IMG/VR virus record: IMGVR_UViG_2802429240_000009
Coordinates: 1 to 26,735 of that record
Length of the DNA stretch: 26,735 bases
DNA from: a virus
Lineage: Duplodnaviria > Heunggongvirae > Uroviricota > Caudoviricetes
Reading direction: 5' to 3' (one strand)
The stretch's first letter is position 1, and each line of letters begins with the position of its first letter. The translations under genes were made by a program, and so were the position numbers. Positions 16,071-26,735 of the stretch are shown piece by piece. The notes under the pieces are model-generated. The model did not search any database and was not told the DNA's origin. It saw nothing but the letters and a program-made list of their open reading frames with translations.

Positions 16071-17030
16071 ATGATAAAAAAACCTGTGATTGGAATCAGC
16101 GGTTGTTTGGCCGGCTCTGCTGTTCGTTTTGATGGTGGTCACAAAAGAGCTGACTTTTTAATGGACAAATTAGTGGAATGGGTAACATTCAGACCAGTAT
16201 GTCCGGAAATGGCTATAGGGCTGCCAGTTCCGCGTCCTGCTCTACGTCTTGTGCGCTCGACGCAAGGAAATATACGGATGTGTTTCAGCCACGACCAGAA
16301 TGAGGATGTGACAGAGAGAATGACAGAGTTTAGTCGTTCTTATATGGACAAATTAAAGGATGTATCGGGGTTTGTGGTTTGTGCTAAATCTCCCAGCTGT
16401 GGCATGGAGCGCGTGCGTGTCTATGATGAAAATGGTAATCGAGGTCGTAAAGATGGAGTGGGACTATTTACGAGCACTTTGATGGAAAAGTTTTCCTGGC
16501 TACCGGTTGAAGAGGATGGGCGATTACATGATCCAGTGCTTCGTGAGAATTTTGTTGAAAGAGTTTTTGCTTTGCATGAGCTCAATCACCTTTACAAGGA
16601 GAAATTATCAAGAAGAGAGTTATTAGCTTTTCATAGTCGTTATAAGCTTCAGTTGTTGGCGCATAGTCAGGCAGGCTATAAAGATATGGGACCATTTGTG
16701 GCTGCAATACACGAGTGGGCGGACCTTGAATCATACTTTGAGGTGTATCGTGATAAGCTGATGGCGATTCTCAGAAAACCTGCATCACGTAAAAATCACA
16801 CGAATGTGCTGATGCATATACAGGGGTATTTTAGTAACTACTTAAGTACACGCCAGCGTAAAGAGTTGAGCGAGGTTATACTTAACTATCGTTCTGGCAC
16901 ATTACCTCTTCTTGCGCCGTTGACTCTGCTGAAGCATTATCTGGGTGAGTATCCTAATGATTACTTGCTTACACAGAATTACTTCGCTCCCTATCCGGAC
17001 GAACTGGCTCTAAGACTGATGGTAAATTAA
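16071..17030 (+). CDS. DUF523 (TudS-like, Cys-ligated Fe-S) / DUF1722 (YbgA-like) fusion protein, 319 aa
   Basis: N-terminal half has conserved Cys residues in a DUF523-like arrangement (GISGCLAG, VCPE, CAKSPSCG). The C-terminal half resembles YbgA/DUF1722 (ELLAFHSRYKLQLLAHS). GGGGGAG Shine-Dalgarno. This is a family assignment from memory. Confidence 0.65.
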   Translation: MIKKPVIGISGCLAGSAVRFDGGHKRADFLMDKLVEWVTFRPVCPEMAIGLPVPRPALRLVRSTQGNIRMCFSHDQNEDVTERMTEFSRSYMDKLKDVSGFVVCAKSPSCGMERVRVYDENGNRGRKDGVGLFTSTLMEKFSWLPVEEDGRLHDPVLRENFVERVFALHELNHLYKEKLSRRELLAFHSRYKLQLLAHSQAGYKDMGPFVAAIHEWADLESYFEVYRDKLMAILRKPASRKNHTNVLMHIQGYFSNYLSTRQRKELSEVILNYRSGTLPLLAPLTLLKHYLGEYPNDYLLTQNYFAPYPDELALRLMVN

Positions 17031-17372
17031 TTGTATGCGATATCATCCAAAAGGATGAGTTCCTGCATGCAAGATATTTACAATCGTAAAAACTACACTA
17101 TGATACCCAGAGTGTCAGTTTGTATAAAAACTCTGTTTACGCTGAAGAAACCATTGAGATGCAACTTAAAGTTGGTAAACATGCCAGTCAAAATATATAA
17201 TATTATGATTCCACGCAGCTATATATAATATAACAGATTGGTTTAATAATTTGTCTTTGTGAGTTAAATACATAATTTTATACTTGTGATGCAATGAGAT
17301 TTTCCTTATTGTTGAACTGGCGAATATTGATTTTCCACCTATACTTACCTGGTGTAACCCCAATGATATCAG

Positions 17373-18113
17373 GTGGATAATATGCCATACATATGTTCTA
17401 TCATTTTGGTGTTGAACTCGTTTGATGTCCGAATTGGTAAAGAAGATATTTTGTTTAAAAAAGGAAGTGCTGTTCTCATTGATTACAATTTAAAAGATTT
17501 TTTTTCATCAAATATAGATCATGTAATGATCGTAGATGTTGAAGAGAAAACAGTTAATGATTTCTTTAAAAGCAACACACTCTCACCTTTTTCTGTAAGA
17601 AGGTTTTATCCGGCATACTTGATGGTGGAATGTGAAGATTTTTCATTGTTAAAGAACTTGATTGCATGCTTGAATTGTGATGGCAGAACTGTGGATTTTG
17701 TTAGAAATCAAATATCACTTGCATGTCTTGCTATCTTATCTTCAGAGAAAATAGTGCAAAGTTTTTTATTTGGATGTCTTAATAGTTTAGGAAGTAAAGT
17801 TAAGGCTATTATTCACACGGATATATCTGCAGCATGGAGACTTTGTGATATATCTTCAAGACTGTATCTGAGTGAAAGTCTGTTAAAAAGAAAATTAAAG
17901 CACGAAGGCTTATCATTTAGTAAGTTAATTCTTGAAGAGCGAATGGTGATGGCGGAAAGGTTATTAAGCTACAATTTATATTCTGTTGGAAAAGTTGCTG
18001 AGATATGCGGTTATGAAAACACGTCATATTTTGTAAGTGTTTTCAGAAGATATTTTGGTGTTCCTCCCCATCAATATTCATCAAGACTTTTTTTAGAAAA
18101 AGACATGATGTAA
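17373..18113 (+). CDS. AraC/XylS-family transcriptional regulator (246 aa)
   Basis: C-terminal double HTH of the AraC family (VGKVAEICGYENTSYFVSVFRRYFGVPPHQY). Very AT-rich, with an AT-rich 340-bp upstream region. Confidence 0.8.
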   Translation: MDNMPYICSIILVLNSFDVRIGKEDILFKKGSAVLIDYNLKDFFSSNIDHVMIVDVEEKTVNDFFKSNTLSPFSVRRFYPAYLMVECEDFSLLKNLIACLNCDGRTVDFVRNQISLACLAILSSEKIVQSFLFGCLNSLGSKVKAIIHTDISAAWRLCDISSRLYLSESLLKRKLKHEGLSFSKLILEERMVMAERLLSYNLYSVGKVAEICGYENTSYFVSVFRRYFGVPPHQYSSRLFLEKDMM

Positions 18114-18174
18114 CGTGATGCGTTTTAATGATTTTGTAATTTTCGTATTTAATAATTGTATGATGCTTTCAGCT

Positions 18175-18206
18175 ACGCCAGAATAATCGCTGGCGTTTTT
18201 CTTTTT
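18175..18206 (+). terminator. Intrinsic terminator after the AraC-family gene
   Basis: ACGCCAG (18175-18181), 8-nt loop, CTGGCGT (18190-18196), followed by TTTTTCTTTTT. Confidence 0.6.
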
Positions 18207-18301
18207 GAATAGATGTTCAAGCCTTACGCTAATGTAACTTCTATACCTTTCCTCTTCGTTCCGAACCGTGTACACCATCCGTTATTTGCGGAGGTGAGGC
18301 T

Positions 18302-18517
18302 ATGAAATCCATGGATAAGTTAACAACGGGCATTGCCTACGGCACCTCCGCAGGCAGTGCTGGCTACTGGTTTTTACAGCTGCTCGATAAAGTCACGCCC
18401 TCACAGTGGGCAGCAATAGGTGTGCTGGGTAGCTTGGTATTTGGCTTGCTGACGTACCTGACAAACCTTTATTTCAAGATTAAAGAAGATAAGCGCAAGG
18501 CTGCGAGAGGTGAATAA
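18302..18517 (+). CDS. S: Phage-21-type pinholin S (71 aa) with dual-start motif
   Basis: [26 protein letters not shown]... matches S21 as recalled. Met1/Met4 give the antiholin/holin dual start. Confidence 0.9.
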   Translation: MKSMDKLTTGIAYGTSAGSAGYWFLQLLDKVTPSQWAAIGVLGSLVFGLLTYLTNLYFKIKEDKRKAARGE

Positions 18518-19014
18518 TGCCTCCATCATTACGAAAAGCCGTTGCTGCTGCTATTGGTGGCGGAGCAATTGCTATAGCATCAGTGTTAATCACTGGCTCA
18601 AGTGGTAACGATGGTCTGGAGGGTGTCAGCTACATACCATACAAAGATATTGTTGGTGTATGGACTGTATGTCACGGGCATACAGGAAAAGACATCATGC
18701 TCGGTAAAACGTATACCAAAGCAGAATGCAAAGCCCTCCTGAATAAAGACCTTGCCACGGTCGCCAGACAAATTAACCCGTACATAAAAGTTGATATACC
18801 GGAAACAACGCGCGGCGCTCTTTACTCGTTCGTTTACAACGTGGGCGCTGGCAATTTCAGAATATCGACGCTTCTTCGCAAAATAAACCAGGGCGATATC
18901 AAAGGCGCATGTGATCAGCTACGTCGCTGGACATATGCTGGCGGTAAGCAATGGAAAGGTCTCATGACTCGTCGTGAGATTGAGCGTGAAATCTGTTTGT
19001 GGGGTCAGCAATGA
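18517..19014 (+). CDS. R: SAR endolysin (R21-type lysozyme), 165 aa
   Basis: N-terminal Gly/Ala-rich signal-anchor-release segment ([20 protein letters not shown]) followed by a lysozyme domain. The start overlaps the S stop. Confidence 0.9.
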   Translation: MPPSLRKAVAAAIGGGAIAIASVLITGSSGNDGLEGVSYIPYKDIVGVWTVCHGHTGKDIMLGKTYTKAECKALLNKDLATVARQINPYIKVDIPETTRGALYSFVYNVGAGNFRISTLLRKINQGDIKGACDQLRRWTYAGGKQWKGLMTRREIEREICLWGQQ

Positions 19015-19472
19015 ACAGAGTAACCGCGATTATCTCCGCTCTGGTTATCTGCATCATCGTCTGCCTGTCATGGGCTGTTAATCATTACCGTGATAACGCC
19101 ATTACCTACAAAGCCCAGCGCGACAAAAATGCCAGAGAACTGAAGCTGGCGAACGCGGCAATTACTGACATGCAGATGCGCCAGCGTGATGTTGCTGCAC
19201 TGGATGAAAAATACACGAAGGAGTTAGCTAATGCGAAAGCTGAAAATGATGCTCTGCGTGATGATGTTGCCGCTGGTCGTCGTCGGTTGCACATCAAAGC
19301 AGTCTGTCAGTCAGTGCGTGAAGCCACCACCGCCTCCGGCGTGGATAATGCAGCCTCCCCCCGACTGGCAGACACCGCTGAACGGGATTATTTCACCCTC
19401 AGAGAGAGGCTGATCACTATGCAAAAACAACTGGAAGGAACCCAGAAGTATATTAATGAGCAGTGCAGATAG
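19011..19472 (+). CDS. Rz: Spanin inner-membrane subunit Rz (153 aa)
   Basis: The ATG overlaps the R stop (ATGA). N-terminal TM segment and coiled-coil-like remainder. Rz1 is embedded in the +1 frame. Confidence 0.85.
   Translation: MNRVTAIISALVICIIVCLSWAVNHYRDNAITYKAQRDKNARELKLANAAITDMQMRQRDVAALDEKYTKELANAKAENDALRDDVAAGRRRLHIKAVCQSVREATTASGVDNAASPRLADTAERDYFTLRERLITMQKQLEGTQKYINEQCR
19231..19413 (+). CDS. Rz1: Spanin outer-membrane lipoprotein Rz1 (60 aa), embedded in Rz
   Basis: Lipobox (LVVVGC) followed by a proline-rich stretch ([15 protein letters not shown]), lying entirely inside Rz in another frame. Confidence 0.8.
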   Translation: MRKLKMMLCVMMLPLVVVGCTSKQSVSQCVKPPPPPAWIMQPPPDWQTPLNGIISPSERG

Positions 19473-19503
19473 AGCTGCCCATATCGATGGGCAACTCATG
19501 CAA

Positions 19504-19797
19504 TTATTGTGAGCAATACACACGCGCTTCCAGCGGAGTATAAATGCCTAAAGTAATAAAACCGAGAAATCCATTTACGAATGTTTGCTGGGTTTCTGTT
19601 TTAACAACATTTTCTGCGCCGCCACAAATTTTGGCTGCATCAACAGTTTTCTCCTGTCCAATTCCCGAAACGAAGAAATGATGGGTGATGGTTTCCTTTG
19701 GTGTTACTGCTGTCGGTTTGTTTCCAACAGTAAACGTCTGTTGAGCACATCCTGTAATAAGCATTGCCAGAGCGGCAGAAAACAACATTTTTTTCAT
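19504..19797 (-). CDS. bor: Bor lipoprotein (serum-resistance lysogenic-conversion protein), 97 aa
   Basis: MKKMLFSAALAMLITGCAQQTFTV... matches lambda Bor as recalled. Opposite strand to the late genes. The ORF-track start at 19845 is an upstream extension. Confidence 0.9.
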   Translation of the reverse strand: MKKMLFSAALAMLITGCAQQTFTVGNKPTAVTPKETITHHFFVSGIGQEKTVDAAKICGGAENVVKTETQQTFVNGFLGFITLGIYTPLEARVYCSQ

Positions 19798-20276
19798 CTT
19801 ATTATCCTGCATTGTTAAAAACGGCAGAATCCTATGTGACAACAATTAAACGATAGTTAAATGGATTGATGAAAATTAAAACTATATAGGTGGATGCTCA
19901 GCCTATTGGAGGAGGGGGGGGGCACTCAGAATCCTGTGGAATGAAATAAACCGCTCTATCTGTCCATTACCCTTTTAGCTGCGCTGTATCGTCGCCGTAT
20001 TCCCGCATTAACCATGACCGTAGCCCGACGGGGAATTCCTTCTGCGTGAGTGTGCGGGAATAATCAAAAACGATGCACACCGGGTTTTTACCGCGTTTAT
20101 GGTTCGCGGGGGTGTCCCTCATGCTCGCCAGTCCTGTGCGGGGGTGGAAGAAACAGGACGTGTATTCAGGTCTGTGTGACTGTGGTCGCAAGACTTTTGT
20201 CGTTCAGCTATTAAATCCCATTACGAAGTAGACCAGAACGGCCAACGGGTCCTTTCCGGCGATCCGACAGGTTACG

Positions 20277-20288
20277 GGGCGGCGACCT
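20277..20288. other. cosN cohesive-end sequence (GGGCGGCGACCT); cosB extends to about 20460 and cosQ lies upstream
   Basis: The junction CAGGTTACG|GGGCGGCGACCTCGCGGGTTTTCGCTATTTATGAAAATTTTCC reproduces the lambda right-end/left-end join from memory. It lies immediately upstream of Nu1. Confidence 0.85.
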
Positions 20289-20465
20289 CGCGGGTTTTCG
20301 CTATTTATGAAAATTTTCCGGTTTAAGGCGTTTCCGTTCTTCTTCGCCGTAACTTAATGTTTTTATTTAAAACACCCCCTGAAAAGAAAGGAAACGACAG
20401 GTGCTGAAAACGGGCTTTTTGGCCTCTGTCGTTTCCTTTCTCTGTTTTTGTCCGTGGAATGAACA

Positions 20466-20985
20466 ATGGAAGTCAATAAAAAGCAGCTGGCTGACATTTT
20501 CGGTGCGAGTATCCGTACCATTCAGAACTGGCAGGAGCAGGGAATGCCCGTTCTGCGAGGCGGTGGGAAGGGTAATGAGGTGCTTTATGACTCTGCCGCC
20601 GTCATAAAATGGTATGCCGAAAGGGATGCTGAAATTGAGAACGAAAAGCTGCGCCGGGAGGTTGAAGAACTGCGGCAGGCCAGCGAGACAGATCTGCAGC
20701 CAGGGACTATTGAGTACGAACGCCATCGACTTACGCGTGCGCAGGCCGACGCACAGGAGCTGAAAAATGCCAGAGACTCCGCTGAAGTGGTGGAAACCGC
20801 ATTCTGTACTTTCGTGCTGTCGCGGATCGCAGGTGAAATTGCCAGTATTCTCGACGGGATCCCCCTGTCGGTGCAGCGGCGTTTTCCGGAACTGGAAAAC
20901 CGACATGTTGATTTCCTGAAACGGGATATCATCAAAGCCATGAACAAAGCAGCCGCGCTGGATGAACTGATACCGGGGTTGCTGA

Positions 20986-21011
<26 letters not shown>
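20466..21011 (+). CDS. nu1: Terminase small subunit Nu1 (181 aa)
   Basis: Near-identical to lambda Nu1 (MEVNKKQLADIFGASIRTIQNWQEQGMPVLRGGGKGNEVLYDSAAVIKWYAERDAEIENEKLRREVEEL...). Confidence 0.95.
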
Positions 21012-24692
<3,681 letters not shown>

Positions 24693-24712
<20 letters not shown>

Positions 24713-25661
24713 TCTCCCGCATATTGCCAGCATGGCTTTTAATGAGCCGCTGATGCTTGAACCCGCCTATGCGCGGGTTTTCTTTTGTGCGCTTGCAGGC
24801 CAGCTTGGGATCAGCCGCCTGACGGATGCAGTATCCGGCGACAGCCTGACTGCCGGAGAGGCACCCGCGGCGCTGGCGTTATCCGGTGATGATGACGGAC
24901 CACGACAGGCCCGCAGTTATCAGGTCATGAACGGCATCGCCGTGCTGCCGGTGTCCGGTACGCTGGTCAGCCGGACGCGGGCGCTGCAGCCGTATTCGGG
25001 AATGACCGGTTACAACGGCATTATCGCCCGTCTGCAACAGGCTGCCAGCGATCCGATGGTGGACGGCATTCTGCTGGATATGGACACACCGGGCGGGATG
25101 GTGGCGGGAGCATTTGACTGTGCTGACATCATCGCCCGTGTGCGTGACATAAAACCGGTATGGGCGCTTGCCAACGACATGAACTGCAGTGCAGGTCAGT
25201 TGCTTGCCAGTGCCGCCTCCCGGCGTCTGGTCACGCAGACCGCCCGGACAGGCTCCATCGGCGTCATGATGGCTCACAGTAATTACGGTGCTGCGCTGGA
25301 GAAACAGGGCGTGGAAATCACGCTGATTTACAGCGGCAGCCATAAGGTGGATGGCAACCCCTACAGCCATCTTCCGGATGACGTCCGGGAGACACTGCAG
25401 TCCCGGATGGATGCAACCCGCCGGATGTTTGCGCAGAAGGTGTCGGCATATACCGGCCTGTCCGTGCAGGCTGTGCTGGATACCGAGGCTGCAGTGTACA
25501 GCGGTCAGGAGGCCATTGATGCCGGACTGGCTGATGAACTTGTCAACAGCACCGATGCGATCACCGTTATGCGTGAGGCACTGGATGCACGTAAATCCCG
25601 TCTCTCAGGAGGGCGAATGACCAAAGAGACTCAATCAACAACTGTTTCAGCCACTGCGTAA
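24693..25661 (+). pseudogene. C: Head protease/scaffold C, truncated at about codon 322 by IS insertion
   Basis: GTG start at 24693 preceded by AGGAGG and overlapping the end of B, as in lambda. Protein VTAELRNLPHIASMAFNEPL... follows lambda gpC until ...TTVSATA, then a stop. Lambda C is about 439 aa, and the sequence after 25657 is unrelated IS DNA. Confidence 0.8.
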
Positions 25662-25710
25662 TCGGCTCATTTAAACCGTCTGGTCTGTTTCCTCCGGCTC
25701 TACAAAAATA

Positions 25711-26388
25711 ATGTCCATCATTTTTAATGGACACTATCGTATGAAACACCGGACCTGGATCACTGAAGCTTTACGTCTTCACTTTGAAGAACATTTACCC
25801 CGGGTTGTGGCCGGGCGTCACCTGGGTGTACCAAAATCAACAGTTTGTAGTATGTTCGTGCGCTTTCGGAGAGCTGGCCTTTCGTGGCCTTTGCCCGCAG
25901 GCATGTCGGAGCAGGAACTTGATGCCTGCCTTTACGGACAATTTTCCACGGTACCAGTCGTACGTCCTGAAAGCACCGTTATATCCGAAGCCCCCGTGGT
26001 AAAAAAACGTCCCCGGCGGCCCAACTTCCCTTATGAGTTTAAAATCGCCTTAGTGGAGCAGTCACTGCAGCCCGGAGCCTGTGTGGCGCAGATCGCCCGG
26101 GAAAACGGAATCAACGATAACCTGCTCTTCAACTGGCGCCATCAATACCGGAAAGGTGGCATGCTGCCTTCCGGAAAAAATATGCCGGCACTGCTTCCCG
26201 TGACGTTAACGCCGGAGCCGGATAATAAAATCCCGGCCCCCGCACAGGAACCAGAGCAGATAAATACACCGTCCGACAGTCTGTGCTGTGAGCTGGTTCT
26301 GCCGGCCGGAACTCTCAGGCTTAAAGGCAAACTGACGCCGGCGTTATTACAGACACTTATCCGCGAAATAAAAGGGAGCAGCCACTGA
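25711..26388 (+). CDS. tnpA: IS66-family accessory protein TnpA (orf1), 225 aa; start uncertain (alternative ATG at 25741)
   Basis: Contains RPNFPYEFKIALVEQSLQPGACVAQIARENGINDNLLFNWRHQYRKG, an IS66 orf1-type HTH region as recalled. Confidence 0.7.
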   Translation: MSIIFNGHYRMKHRTWITEALRLHFEEHLPRVVAGRHLGVPKSTVCSMFVRFRRAGLSWPLPAGMSEQELDACLYGQFSTVPVVRPESTVISEAPVVKKRPRRPNFPYEFKIALVEQSLQPGACVAQIARENGINDNLLFNWRHQYRKGGMLPSGKNMPALLPVTLTPEPDNKIPAPAQEPEQINTPSDSLCCELVLPAGTLRLKGKLTPALLQTLIREIKGSSH

Positions 26389-26735
26389 TGATATCTCTCC
26401 CTGCAGGTTCGCGTATCTGGCTGGTTGCAGGTATCACCGATATGCGAAATGGCTTTAACGGCCTGGCCTCAAAAGTTCAGAACGTCCTGAAGGATGACCC
26501 GTTCTCCGGACACCTGTTCATCTTCCGCGGACGCCGGGGTGACCAGATAAAAGTGTTGTGGGCTGACAGCGACGGACTGTGCCTCTTCACCAAACGCCTG
26601 GAGCGGGGCCGCTTCGTCTGGCCGGTCACCCGTGACGGCAAGGTGCACCTTACTCCGGCCCAGTTATCCATGCTTCTTGAAGGTATCAACTGGAAGCACC
26701 CGAAACGAACGGAACGCGCTGGAATCCGCATATAA
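26388..26735 (+). CDS. tnpB: IS66-family TnpB (orf2), 115 aa
   Basis: MISLPAGSRIWLVAGITDMRNGFNGLASKVQNVLKDDPFSGHLFIFRGRRGDQIKVLWADSDGLCLFTKRLERGRFVW is characteristic of IS66 Orf2. The ATG overlaps the tnpA stop, and the stop is at the window end. Confidence 0.85.
   Translation: MISLPAGSRIWLVAGITDMRNGFNGLASKVQNVLKDDPFSGHLFIFRGRRGDQIKVLWADSDGLCLFTKRLERGRFVWPVTRDGKVHLTPAQLSMLLEGINWKHPKRTERAGIRI

Larger units (their letters stand above)
25658..26735 (+). mobile_element. IS66-family insertion sequence, left part only (continues beyond the window)
   Basis: Abrupt loss of lambda homology at about 25658 (GTAATCGGCTCATTTAAACCG...), followed by tnpA-like and tnpB-like ORFs with the ATGA overlap typical of IS66 family. 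The tnpC transposase would lie right of the window. Confidence 0.75.

Noticed and set aside
17031-17363. Two 65-aa ORFs in the AT-rich region upstream of the AraC-family gene
   Set aside because: Extremely AT-rich, low-complexity translations with no ribosome-binding site. More likely promoter or regulatory DNA than coding sequence.
19967-20191. Minus-strand 74-aa ORF between bor and cos
   Set aside because: The DNA matches, from memory, the non-coding right-end (cosQ-containing) segment of lambda. There is no ribosome-binding site and it would start 86 bp from cosN. Treated as a chance ORF.

Overview
This window reads as the left two-thirds of a mosaic lambdoid prophage from an E. coli-like enterobacterium, running from the integrase end through the start of the head genes. 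All identifications are from reading the sequence and recalled protein families; no database search was run. In order: int/xis (minus strand), an early-left operon with lambda-type Red genes (exo, bet, gam), an immunity region (LexA-like CI repressor, Cro-like protein, YdaT-like gene) with back-to-back pRM/pR promoters and pL, replication genes O (with iteron origin), P and ren, a nin/rusA/Q block, a phage-21-type lysis cassette (pinholin, SAR endolysin, Rz/Rz1), bor, a lambda-type cos site, and Nu1, A, W, B and C. Gene C is cut short by an IS66-family insertion, so the prophage is probably defective. Four accessory (moron) blocks are embedded in the backbone and are the best candidates for undescribed biology: (1) a DGQHR-motif (DndB-like) protein between exo and xis; (2) an AT-rich island carrying emrE, a 508-aa large serine recombinase and a small ORF; (3) an HNH-nuclease-domain protein bracketed by two perfect 10-bp hairpins; (4) a Q-to-S cluster of a Blc-like lipocalin lipoprotein, a DUF523/DUF1722 (TudS/YbgA-like) protein and an AraC-family regulator. 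No rRNA, tRNA or CRISPR array was seen.
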